From: the human T2T-CHM13v2.0 reference genome, Homo sapiens
Assembly: GCF_009914755.1 (NCBI RefSeq)
Contig: NC_060927.1
Strand: one strand, 5' to 3'
Length of the DNA stretch: 64,000 nucleotides
The notes beneath the pieces were generated by a model. It was not told the DNA's origin, did no database searches, and saw nothing but the letters and a program-made list of their open reading frames with translations. Numbering within the stretch: position 1 is the first letter of the stretch; every line of letters begins with the position of its first letter. The position numbers and the translations under genes were made by a program. Of the stretch, positions 47,347 through 60,929 are shown one piece after another.

Positions 47347-50300
47347 TGGTGTATGCATATAATGTAATGTTAGCCTTAAAAGGAATGAATTTCTGGTACA
47401 TGCTAGGGTGTGGATAAATCTTGAAGATATTATACTAAGGGAAATAAGCCATAAAAAGACAACAATGCATGATTCCACTTCTATGAGGTACCTAGAACAG
47501 TCCAATTCACCAAGACAGAATGTTGAATAGTACATACCAGAGGCTGGGTGAGGAGATAGAGTTTCAGTTTGAGATGACATAGGAGTTCTGGAGATGGCTG
47601 CTAGTGATGGTTGAACAACAATATGAATATACTTAATGCCACTGAAACATATGCCTAAAAATGGTTAAAACAGTAAACTTTATATTATGTATATTTTACC
47701 ACAATAAAAAAATTAAAAAAATAAAATGGCAGATTAAGAAATAGATAGAAGGGATGTAAACTTTACAATAAATTGTTACAGGAATTATTTGAATTAGAAA
47801 AAAACATGTTTTTAAGTTAAGGAGTATTAAAACAAAACAACAAGGAAAAAGTGATTAGGATGTATCTTCAGAAAAAATCAAGTCGGGATCAAGAAAGCAA
47901 TTCTTTAAAGCTTGTGTTTTATTAGGTTAATTAAGACATAACTAGGTAGTTAACTAAAACCCTAAATAAGAAGTATGGGAACTATATAGCTTATCACACC
48001 AGATGCAGCATATATTAATCTGGACAGTTGCTATTTTGTGTGGTTTTTAACAAGTTTATTTATTACTTATTAATTTTTCCATTTGATGAAATAATGTGCT
48101 AGGTTTTTGGACAATGACTCAAGGAAGATGTGGGAGGAGGGGGAAGTGACTATAATATAGTTACTTAAAAAAACTTTTCATGGTTGTATGCAAACAAATA
48201 ATTCATAAGCATCAACTGTCATAGCTATCCTCAAACTACAAGAACTCCAGACACAGATTATTTTTCTTGCTAACGAGGGTGTCCATAAAATTCATTCTCC
48301 AAACAAAAGAAATCGCAAGTGAAAATAGATGATAAAGATAGCATTAATATGCATAAACATAAACATAGAGAAAGAGAGACAGTGGGGAGAAAGAGAGGAG
48401 AGAGAGAGAGAGAAAGACATCATCAGGCATAAACTGAGGCTAATTTTGAAAGATAGAAAAGTAGGGGGGGAAATAGTAAAGACTCAAGAGTTCAGTTTTT
48501 AAATTCTCAGCCATGAACTCATTTAAATGGCTTAGTGAGGCATAGTGGGATGGTATAGAAAGAATAATCCCAACTTGGGAATGCTACTATGGAAACAATA
48601 GCATCATTTAAAATTTATCTTCTTGTTATGAGGGAAAAGTAAAGAGAAAAGGATGGTATCACATTAGGCTCCAAACCTTTTTAATTTCTAAAAATCAAGA
48701 GGAAAAGTTTCTTAATTAATTATTTATAATGGTTAGCATATTATCCTTAAATATGTAAAATTTATAGTACAGTAGAGTAGTGACTTTATGTGCGATACTT
48801 GATATATTGGTTCACCATGTATAATCAACTAACATAGCACATTTTTGTTTACATACAGCGTTGGTTCAAATTTTACTATTGTTTATAAAATACTAGTTTT
48901 CATAGCTGTGAAATTTTTGATGTTGTGTCTTTGGCTTGAACTGTATCAAAACGCTTGTCAAAGAAAAAGAAATCTACTTTAAGACAATCCCCCATTTACC
49001 TAAACATTGCAGTAAAAGTGAATGGCTATCTACAATTACTATCTGGTTTAGGAGACACTTGGAAAAATACAAGTATTCATTGATGAGGATATTTAATGTT
49101 GTGCAGCAATTTCATCCGAAGCAGGGTGTCCTTTATGCTGCTGAGAGAAAAGAGATTTAGGAAGGATAACTTTACAAAGAAAAGAAAAATAACAATTGAA
49201 TGGGACTAATGGTCTAATTAATCCCATTAAGCAGGAGGTCTATTCGTATAGATAAGATTCCAGAGAGACAGAGAGAGAGAGAGAGAATAAGAGAGAAACT
49301 GTGGGGGGCAGATTTTATTTCTATCATTTGCACTCTTCCTTTCCACTTTCCCCACTTCATATCTCCAGCTTTGATTTGAGCAAAGTCAAAAGAGAGACAC
49401 AACACTCTCATTTCTTAACCTGGTATCTACCAGGCCCTTTATGATTGTCCCTCCTTTCTTTATAGCATGTATAATACTGAAAACGTGAAGAGAAGGGGAA
49501 AACAAAGAAAAGGATCCTCAGGATAAAAAATGATTACAAATCATATGTTATAGTGCAAAGGTACAAATCCACAAAAGGTTTTTCATAGATCAATGAGTCA
49601 TGCTTTACTAAAGTAGGTGGCACTGTTGGACTGTCAAAATAAAGATATATTTAAGGAAATTCAAAGACTTTTCTATTTGTTAAGCTGGCAAATACACGCA
49701 TATGCCCTTTCAGAAAAATTACATTCATTTTTTCTGAGATATGAGTGTGAATTATTTATCTAATTATTTTGGTGAAGACAGAGTTGCAATAGAAGGACAT
49801 AATAGGAGGGCAAAGAAGGAAGGCCGAGGAAGAAGGAAGGATCTCAGCGTTTCTTATTTTCAAATAGTTTTCCAAACAATCCACAGCCAAGATTTGTCTG
49901 TTTTAAGCTCACAAAGAAAGCAAATGAGATCATTTGACTTCCATTGATAACTATCTAAAATAGTTTTTGGAAGCTTTTGTTTATCATTCAGGGCAACAGT
50001 ATGTCTTTCCCATCTACCTTTTTATGTAAGCAACTTTTTAAAAGTACATGAATAATGTAACCTAAGTAAATTGTGACATCAGATCACTCTGGCAAATTTA
50101 TAAAATCAATTATAATTCTTAGGACAACTTTATTCTTAAAAGTATCTGCTTTCCTTCTTGTTAATATTTCAAATCATATAGGTATGAAAAAACATTTTAT
50201 ATGCATTTATGAGGTCTTTCTTATATTATCTGTCATGAGAGAGAATATGATCCAAATCAGATAACATTCAAATTTATATAACATGGTCCAGAAGTTTGCT

Positions 50301-50492
50301 TTAAATTTTTTTAAAACTAACTTTTTAAAGTTAAAAAATACTGGCTTTACTTTGTCAAGAGGTTATATGGTTCAAATTTAAGCCTGTATACCCCAGGTTT
50401 TGTAATCTTTGCAATATATGAGGCTGCCTATTATCTATGTTTACATGAGAGCTTTTAAGTATTTTGATGAAAATATGTATTAGTGTTCTTTA

Positions 50493-50810
50493 GAGATCAT
50501 TATGTTAAGTGAAGTAAACGAGGCACAGAAAGACAAACATCATACGTTCTCACTTATTTGTGGGATCTAAAAATCAAATCAATTGAACTCACAGACAGAG
50601 AGTGTAGAAAGATGAGGCTGGAAAGGATGGTATAGGGTTGTGGAGGAGGTGGAGATGGTTGATGGGTACCAAAAGAATGGATAAGACCTACTATTTGATA
50701 GCACAATAGAGTGACTGTAGTCAATAATAACTTAATTGTATATATTTTTAAATAACTTAAAGAAATTGGATTATTTGTAACTCAAAGTATAAATACTTGA
50801 GGTAATAGAT
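50493..50810 (+). mobile_element. L1MA (about L1MA1-3) 3' fragment
   Basis: 'cattatgttaagtgaa...gcacagaaagacaaacatc...ttctcacttatttgtgggatctaaaaatcaaa...agacctactatttgatagcacaa'. Confidence 0.85.
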
Positions 50811-52622
50811 TAAATTAATTTAAGGAAATGCCATCAACTTTCAACTGTAAGATAAAATTGAAACATTTTATCTTAACATTTCCAAAACATAGCAATAATA
50901 GTCATATAATGGTTTCTAATTTCGTTGTAGGATTCTGTACTCCAAATGGTGACTGAAATGAGATATGAGGTTAAACAAATTCCATTAGAGCACCTATCTA
51001 AAAAATAAGGGCTAGTTTGAGATTTCTAAGTACAACGTCTTCTATTAATTTCTAAGTTTTTAACAATGTTTACCAACTTATAAAGCATTCCTTTCCTATC
51101 CTTCCACATAGTTACAAAGTTATAGATCAAGGTGCAAAAAGTGTTGTTGATGGAAACTCTTGCAGCATAGAGTGATAACATACCTCTTATTTCACAAGAT
51201 ATTAAAATATCATAGATCCATATATCCTTCTCATCAGCATTCCACTGGAAACCAATGGCCAATTTAAACATGCTGCCCAGTATGTGTCATGTACAAAACA
51301 AATTTGGTATATTTGTGAATAAAATCACAGAATACTGCCTCTTATTTGAAAATTCTGGAGAAACTGTCATTTTTTTTTTTTTGGCATTTAACTCAACTAT
51401 AAAGTGAAGTTAAAGTACACGTATAAGTAAACTTTATGATCAAAATCATAAAGTGTTAAAGATTCCCCAGCATTTCAGAATTCTTTATTCCTCTGTACTT
51501 CAGCTGAATTACCAAAAAGTAGGAGGAAAAGTCACTGCTATATGATTTCACCCCGTATAAAGTTGACCTACAATTCTTACATCCTTGCAAACATTTTAGT
51601 ATGTGAATTATTACAAAAATTCTTCAGTACTATATATAAAATACTTTATTTCTGAAAATTTCTATTCCAAAATTATATTAACTCTACTCTTGAGGATTCA
51701 GGGTGAATTCTTCTATAAAATAACAGTAATATTAGACTTCCTTATAAAGTCTGTCTATGTCAAATACTAACAACATTAACGTTAGACTTTCATAAAGACA
51801 TATGTCCCCTTTTGTAGATTTGCAAAGATATTCTTCAACAATTATAAAGGAAAAAAATCAATGTATGTAATAAGATTAAACAGCTCAGATAATATATACA
51901 TAATTTTATATATCTGTAAAATATGTACATTTATCATATATTTTATATGTATTTATATTTATGCATTGCATATATACAATTTAATAACAAATTTATAAAT
52001 TATACACTTCTGGATTTAGTTGCTTATAAAACATTTACCTATAGATAAAACTTACACAAAATTTTTGTTTCAGTCAGCTTTAATACTTTCTTCTTCAGCT
52101 CATTGTATTTCTTAGTTTTCCACTGTATTGATGTCTACTTTATTTGCTAGATAAAGCTATGAGTTTGTTCATTCCTTTACTGAGTGAATACTTTGTTACA
52201 GACATCATGCCAATCAATCTCTCATTTTACTGAATGCAGAGCTGAAAGTTGCTAAGACGTTTGGCTCTGCTGCCCAGTAATTTATAACAGATAAAGAAAA
52301 TTCAGGTTGAAAACAGCCTTGTTACTAACAGATCCCAGGCAATTTAATTGAATATGAGTCAATACTACCACCCTATTGGAATTGTTAAAATTAAATGAAG
52401 TACATAAAATGCCTGAGACCTAGTAGGCACCACTACATTTTTTAGTGGGTGTGTAGAGAGAGGATAGTGTACAGAATAAAGTTCCACCAAAGTAACACTA
52501 ACTTTCTTGGAATTAGAATAGTAAGGTCATTCTTTCAAAAACATCAGTTTAAACAAAAATCAAAGGTAAAGCAAAATAATACAATTTAATCCTAATATTG
52601 AATATTCAGTTGATGTACTGAA

Positions 52623-52859
52623 ATATTTTACATTATATACTTCTAAATGTAATTAAAGCAATTTTATTTTAATATTTATTGCTTTTTTTTATTCATTCGT
52701 TTTTTTTTTTTTGTGCTATAGGCAATCCTACTTATCAGGGGTTTAATGTGAGACCTGTCTTGTTCCAGTACATACTATTGTGGAAAGGACTTTAGAAAGG
52801 GAGAGGAAGAAGTACACTTAGAATTTTATAACTTATGATAGTATATAGTTAAATGGTAT
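52623..52859 (+). repeat. Dispersed local duplication, copy 1 (presumed source)
   Basis: Colinear with 55600-55832, about 90% identical. Confidence 0.95.
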
Positions 52860-53649
52860 CTTTCATCATAAGTCTCTTTCAAGTGTCTTCAAGTTTCAAT
52901 AGCTGTAAGTAAGCAGTGTGATGGCAAGAGAAGAAAATAAAATTTAATCTCCCACAGAGCAATTTCCCCTCCACTATAGATTCCTTCTAAGCTAAATAAT
53001 TAAGCCTAATATTGATAGATAATACTTAGTGGTATGTTTGTGTGACCTTGTTATTTTTAACCTCATAAACCATAAGTATAGGATCCATAATTAGTCTCTG
53101 TGGTAGTATCAGCAAAGACATTGGAACTGAGCTCTGAGAAAAATTCTCTCTTTACAGTTCCTCTGCAATTAGGGTTGCAAGGCTTAGCTCACTGGGAATA
53201 GGTGTGTGTTAGGGGCTGGATGGGGGACTGGGGAGAGGGGAAGTGAATAATGGATAGGCATAGAGAAAACCCCCATGGGCTGAATCGATAGGACAGAAGT
53301 GTGAATTGTGGTGAAAGTAGGTGTGGAGAGAGACAAGGAAGAGAGGCATCCTCAGAGTAGGTGTGGGTAAATGAGGACAGGTTTTGGTTAGCTAAGCAAC
53401 AGGTAGTTGGTTCTCTTGTCACCCTGACCTGGCCTACCCAGGTCATTAGAAAAATTAGGTTTTGGTTGTATACTGTCTTCAGAGATAAAGTCTGGATCTG
53501 AAAGTTACCTGAACAGTAATTAACATGCCCAGACATGGCTCTAGAAGTCTGTAGTTCTGAAAGTAACCTGTCTACAGTATGATATATTGGCTATTTCATT
53601 GATGAATCCAGATATAACTCTATAGTGCTTGTTGTCATTAATTGGCTTA

Positions 53650-53800
53650 AACAGTTCAGTGAGCATCAGATCTGGTGCGAGATAGGTTTGTGTTTAAATA
53701 TCTACTCTCACACCTATTAACTGTGTGACCTTGGGCAAATTTTTTAACCTTTCTAAGACTTAGTTTCATGATATGTGAAATCAGGATAATAATTTCTGTG
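53650..53800 (+). mobile_element. MIR SINE
   Basis: Core 'tattaactgtgtgaccttgggcaaattttttaacctttctaagacttagtttc...tgtgaaatcaggataataat'. Confidence 0.85.
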
Positions 53801-54529
53801 CCAGTTAATATATTGCCAGGCACTTAAAAGCAATCAGCACTTTTTATATGACCTTTTTTTCCTTATAACCATTTATTATGTTAAAGGGAAAGGATTAAGG
53901 GAGATCTAGATCTTAGTTCATATATAGAAATGTTCATATAAAGAGTATTCATATAATGGGGCCTAAAGCAAACCACACTGAAACATTTTACACAAAGCCC
54001 TTTTACTATTCTCAAACATTCTGCAAAGTCTTAATGAAGTCTCAAATGTTATTTCATTTATATCTACCTGGAATGCTTAAAATTTCAAAAGAAAGAAGAG
54101 CCAATGATGATTTAATAGCCAATTTACTTCTTATAAATTTCTACTCTTTCTTTAACTACTTGAATGCTCTTTTTAATGATGTCCTAATTCTTGCTACCCT
54201 ACAAGGTCTGATCTACCTTAACTTATTCCTGGAAATGACAGTCAATCTGAGAAGGAAAATGCTATAAGTTAATAAGCAGAATTTTAAAATGACCCTCAAG
54301 AGCAGCAGATGAATTGCTAATTAGAATTATCACTGTTGCCTCCGTAAGACTGTTCTAATATCTGAATTATGTCAGTACATTAAAAGTAGAAAGTTCATTA
54401 ATGTTTTTAATTCATATCTATTATTTATAAAGCAAGTATGAGATGGGAGTATAGATGTGAGTATATTTTCTGCTTCTCACTATCTGTCCTCTGAGTTTCT
54501 TATTCTTCCCTTCTGGCAGGAGGACTAGA

Positions 54530-54670
54530 ATGAGACTGGGCTCTTGCAGTCAATTCGGTCTAGGTTCAAGACCCAAGATAAGCACTTAACATTTGTATGA
54601 CCTTGAACAGGTGATTTAACCTTTCTGAAATTCATTTTTTTCTTTGGTAAAAATCTAGGATTACAACAAG
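54530..54670 (+). mobile_element. MIR SINE fragment
   Basis: 'ctaggttcaagaccc...cacttaac..tgtatgaccttgaacaggtgatttaacctttctga'. Confidence 0.75.
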
Positions 54671-55057
54671 CCCAAAATTTTATTATGTCAAGGTAAAAGG
54701 TTATTAATATACAGCTTTAATGTTTAATGGTAGATTTTCTGTGCCTGACAATGATCCTGTGCTTCCTAATCTCAATCATAGGCTTTTCTTTTCATATTAG
54801 ACAATGCTAGTGACACATCAGTTAAAGAGGTGTGAGCTCATGGTGATGGCAAGTGTGTGTTGAATTGGATTACATTCTCTATCTCATCCAGTGCCTCTTG
54901 TACGCATCTTTGAAGAAAGTAGCTGTGGATATGGGTGGAAGCATAAAGGATCCTAGTAACTGAATAACATCAGTAACACATTCATGATTTTATCTTCATT
55001 AGCAATAGGACTCAAGCAATTGAAAAACCATTGACTTTGTAAAAACACATGTGCGTG

Positions 55058-55372
55058 GGCCAGGCACAGTGGCTCACGCCTGTAATCCCAGCACTTTGGG
55101 AGGCTGAGGCGGGCAGATTACTTGAGGTCAAGAGTTTGAGACCAGCCTGCTCAACATGGTGAAACCCAGTCTCTACTAAAAATACAAAAATTAGCTGAGT
55201 GTGATGGCACATGCCTGTAATCCCAGCTACTGGGGAGGCTGAGGCAGGAGAATCTCTTAAACCGGGAGGCAGAGGTTGCAGTGAGACAACATCACTGCAT
55301 TGCTCTCCAGCCTGGGCAACGAAGTGATCTCCGTCTCAAAACAAACAAACAAACAACAAACCAAAAACAAAC
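55058..55372 (+). mobile_element. AluS (Sz-like) SINE with (CAAA)n tail
   Basis: Full Alu; degenerate 17-bp TSD at 55041-55057 and 55373-55389 (14/17 match). Confidence 0.97.
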
Positions 55373-55599
55373 AAAAGCACATCTGCTTGCTCTTGTGTAG
55401 AGAGATTCCTTTTTGATTTCTTTGTAGCACTAGTTTAAAAAATAAGAAAATTAAAATAATAAGCTTCAAGTTCCTGAGTTATCAAAGGTAAGTTAGCGTT
55501 AATATATTCATTAATAAAAAGTGATATTGTTATATGAGTCAAAGTTAGTGAAAGAATTGAACACGTTTGATTATATCAAACTTCTAGAAAATAATCATC

Positions 55600-55832
55600 A
55601 TATTTACATTATATACTTCTCAATGAAATTAAAGCAATTTTATTTTAATATTTATTGCTTATTATTTTTATTCATTCTTTTTTCGGTGCTATAGGCAACC
55701 CTACTTATCAGCCGTTTAATGTGAGGCCTGTCTTGTTCCAGTACATACCATTGTGGAAAGGACTTTAGAGAGGGAGAGGAAGAAGTATATTTAAAATTTT
55801 GTAACTTATGATAGTATACAGTTAAATGGTAT
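55600..55832 (+). repeat. Dispersed local duplication, copy 2, with TSD-like flanks
   Basis: Copy of 52623-52859; flanked by AAAATAATCAT at 55588-55598 and AAAAAAATCAT at 55833-55843. Confidence 0.95.
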
Positions 55833-55926
55833 AAAAAAATCATGTTCTTACCTTAGGACATTTTTCTGGTGTATGGTGCAATATGAATACTTTTAGTAGC
55901 AAATAGCTAAAGATAAGATAATTTTA

Positions 55927-56250
<324 letters not shown>

Positions 56251-57348
56251 AGAAAATTTTATGATTTTTTTTTTCTTCTAAATATGATGGTCAAAAGTAA
56301 TTCTCAGTCTTTTGAAAATAGTAAAGGATGCTGTAAAATATATATAAATAAAAATAACCCTAAGGAATATTATCTATTTCTCAAAGAAAGTTAAAATAAT
56401 ACAAGCTTGGATATGGCTGACTTAATTAAAACTAATTAACATTGTTATTGTGTAACTAATGGCTTGAAAAGAGCAATGTCATGAGCCATCAATTATGGAT
56501 TAGTGTAAAAAAGAGTAGGTGCTATAGACTAGAATGACACTATAAGCCTCAGGGTGTTTTGATTTTTTAAATATATTTATCTGAAGTATATTTATCAGAT
56601 TATAATATAGCATTACAGTTGTAAAATGATAAACATAATATCACTAATGAATTGTTTATCACTAAAAAACTGTTTACAGGGTGTTATAGGGATTAGGGTG
56701 TTTTATGAAGTAAGATTTTTTCTGGACTTCAGTAGTTCACTTACACATGTATTTTGTAAGGAAGTCTAGAATAAAATTGGAGGTTTTAAATACTTATGAA
56801 GGATGTCTATTTCACTGGTTATTTTCTTCCTTTGTGTGGAGCCAATGGGCATTATATTTTTTATATTTTGGGAGGAGTTTTATTTATATTTTCTGAAATG
56901 ATAGTTGATTCGGCCCTATTATAATGAAGCTTTCATGAGGCTTTTCACAACTCTAAAAATTGTATTCTTCTCAACTTTGTTTCCCATGCGTCCTACATTG
57001 AAGTTTTTAAAAATCTTTGCTTCTCTAAACTGCTAGTTTCTTCTGTGACTTCTCTTCGAACTCTTCCCTGTACTATCCTACCCCTTTATTTTAAACTTTT
57101 AATATTTTGCCTTACATAAAGGGTTTTTTTTTCTTTTTTTCTCTATACATCATAAATTCTTCAAGGATTGTGATATTAACTTATTCATCTGTTAATTCTC
57201 TCAGCATTTTATATGAAGTTATATGGGATATATATGAAAAAGTGCCCATAAGAGTACATAAAATATTAAATAAAATTGATATATTAAAATATCATGTTAT
57301 TTTGGAATTTGTAATACATTAACAATGAGTATCTTCAATCTAACCATG

Positions 57349-58128
<780 letters not shown>

Positions 58129-58143
58129 TAAGAATGTTCTATT

Positions 58144-58329
58144 GGCCAAGCATGGTGGCTCACGCCTGTAATCCCAACCCTTGGGAGGCTGAGGTGGGCT
58201 GATCACTTGAGCCCAGAAGTTCAAGACTAGCTTGGGCAACATGGTGAAACCCTGTCTCTACAAAAAAAATCCGGGCATTGTGACATACATGCGGACCTAT
58301 AGTACCAGCTACCCCGGAGCCTGAGGTGG
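58144..58329 (+). mobile_element. AluJ-like SINE, 3'-truncated and fused to L1
   Basis: 'cacttgagcccagaagttcaagactagcttgggcaac' is J-type; the element stops at 'cctgaggtgg' early in the right arm. Confidence 0.9.
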
Positions 58330-58884
58330 CATTATTTCTGAAACCTTTGTTCTGTTCCACTGTTCTATATATCTGTTTTGGTACCAGTACCATGCTGTTT
58401 TGGTTACTGTAGGCTTGTAGTATAGTTTAAAGTCAGGTAGTGTGATGCCTCCAGCTTTGTTCTTTTTGCTTAGGATTGTCTTAGGTATATGGGCTCCTTT
58501 TTGGTTCCATATGAAATTTAAAGTAGTTTTTTTTTCTAATTCTGTGAAGAAAGTTGATGTTAGCTTGATGGGGATAGCACTGAATCTATAAATTACTTTG
58601 GGCAGTATGGGCATTTTCATGATATTGATTCTTCCTATCCATGATCATGGAATGCTTTTCCATTTGTTTGTGTCCTCTCTTATATTCTTGAGCAGTGGTT
58701 TGTAGTTCTCCTTGAAGAGGTCCATCACTTCTCTTGTAAGTTTTATTCCTAGATGTTTTATTCTCTTTGAAGCAATTGTGAATGGGAGTTCACTCATGAT
58801 TTGGCTCTCTGTTTGTCTATTGTTGGTGTATATGAATGCTTGTGAATTTTGCACATTGATTTTGTATCCTGAGACTTTTCTGAA
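58326..58884 (-). mobile_element. L1PA (about L1PA7): inverted segment, ORF2 fragment
   Basis: ORFs 58309-58620 and 58645-58854 are L1 ORF2p. Confidence 0.95.
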
Positions 58885-59857
58885 AAGAAACTAGCGTCAG
58901 AGTGAACAGGCAACCTACGGAATGGGAGAAAATTTTTGCAATCTATGCAGCTGACAAAGGACTAGCAGCCAGAATCTACAATGAACTTAAACAAATTTAC
59001 AAGAATAAAATAAACAATCCCATCAAAATGTGGGCAAAGGATATGAACAGACATTTCTCAAAAGAAGATGTATATGCGACCAACAAACAAATAAAAAATG
59101 CTCATTAACACTGGTCATCAGAGAAATGCAAATCAAAACCACAATGAGATATCATCTCACGCCAGTTAGAATGGCAATCATTAAAAGTCAGGAAACAACA
59201 GATGCTGGAGAGGATGTGGAGAAATAAATGGTTTTACACTGTAGGTGGTAGTGTAAACTAGTTCAACCATTGTGGAAGACAGTGTGGCGATTCCTCAAGG
59301 ATCTAGAACCAGAAATACCATTTGACCCAGCAATCCCACTACTGGGTATATACCCAAAGGATTATAAATCATTCTACTATAAAGAAACATGTACACGTAT
59401 ATTTATTGTAGCACTATTCACAATAGCAAAGACTTGGAACCAACCACATTAATGATAGACTGGATAAAGAAAATGTGGCACATATACACCATGGAATACT
59501 ATGCAGCCATAAAAAAAGAATGAGTTCATGTTTTTTGCAGGGACATGGATGAAGCTGGAAACCATCATTCTCAGCAAACTAACACAGGAACAGAAAACAA
59601 AACACCACATGTTCTCTCTCATAAATGGGAGATGAACAGTGAGAACACATGGACATAGGGAGGGGAACATCACACACCAGGGCCTCCTGGGGGGTAGGGG
59701 GCCAGGGGAGGGATAGCCTTAGGAGAAATACGTCATGTAGATGACAGGTAGATGGCTGCAGCAAACCACCATGGCACGTGTATACCTATGTAACAAACCT
59801 GCACGTTCTTACCCCAGAACTTAAAGTATAATAAAAAGAAAATGAAAATAAAAAAAA
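58883..59857 (+). mobile_element. L1PA (about L1PA7): sense 3' segment
   Basis: ORF2 C-terminal fragments; 3' UTR 'gcagcaaaccaccatggcacgtgtatacctatgtaacaaacctgcacgttct'; A-rich tail. Confidence 0.96.
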
Positions 59858-60672
59858 GATACATTGCTCTGCATCTCCAGAAATCTCAGCTGGTAAGATT
59901 CACTCGACAAATCTTCATTGTAATAAACAGGGAATTCTAGTGAAACACGCTGTGAAGTACATTCCAAAAGTGATATTTCCATGAAGGAGCTTAAGCCCCT
60001 TGGAAAAGTCATCACCTAGAATCCAGAGATACTTTGAAATGCAAATAGTCCACTTGAGACAAGGAGGCACCTGTTGTTCTGCCTTGATTATGTCTTCAGG
60101 CCTCAATTTCAAGTAAATGAGAGAGCAGAAGGAAGGTGTTCTTTTGATGAGTTCTGCCCTCAGGGTAATAAAGGCAGAGGGAGAATTGCTAGGTGGTATC
60201 CATTCCTAATTCTTTCCTGGCCATCAGAAATTACAAAACACTCACTGTCATTTTGAGATGTGAGCAAAGTATAACTTTGGTTATATGCTGCCGGTTTTTC
60301 ATTAATAGTTAGCAGTGAAACTGAAAAGTTAAAAGAGTATTTACTTGCTGTCTGTGGGAAAAACAGGAAAGGAAAAACCTAAGAAGAAATTATTACATAT
60401 TCCTGTATGTCTCCAGGGAAACAAAGCATCGAAGAAGGGTAGGTAAGTGACAATCACTAAGAGGCAGGAGGAAAGTGATCTGCAAAGGATAAAGAGATGA
60501 GAGAATATGGCGAGGCTTGGATCTGAGAACAGGTACTCACGCTTAGCACACAAAGAACGTGATCATGAAATGCTGACTCAAATATGTCCATAGATGACCT
60601 AAGCTATGCAAAGGACAAGAGATACATCAATAAATAATTTAGATATATTTTGTGTTATTTAGTATTCAATAC

Positions 60673-60750
60673 CATTCATCAGTAATATTACCTATCTTCA
60701 TTCATCAGTAATATTACCTATCTTCATTCATCAGTAATATTACCTATCTT
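60673..60750. repeat. Minisatellite, three perfect 26-bp units (CATTCATCAGTAATATTACCTATCTT)
   Basis: Units at 60673-60698, 60699-60724 and 60725-60750. Confidence 0.98.
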
Positions 60751-60929
60751 TGGACAATTCTCACACTTCCCTAACTACAGTAGTCATTTACCTATCTTCT
60801 TAAGCCTCCTACTCAATCATATTTTTATTATTTCTGCATTCTTACAATTTTAAAATATAATTAAAGTTATTTGGCATAAATGAATTTAGTTTTCTTTTTC
60901 CCTCTCTCACATATATTGACATTTTCATT

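Noticed and set aside
60673-60750. 26-bp direct repeats as a CRISPR array
   Set aside because: There are no spacers or cas genes and the context is eukaryotic; this is a plain minisatellite.
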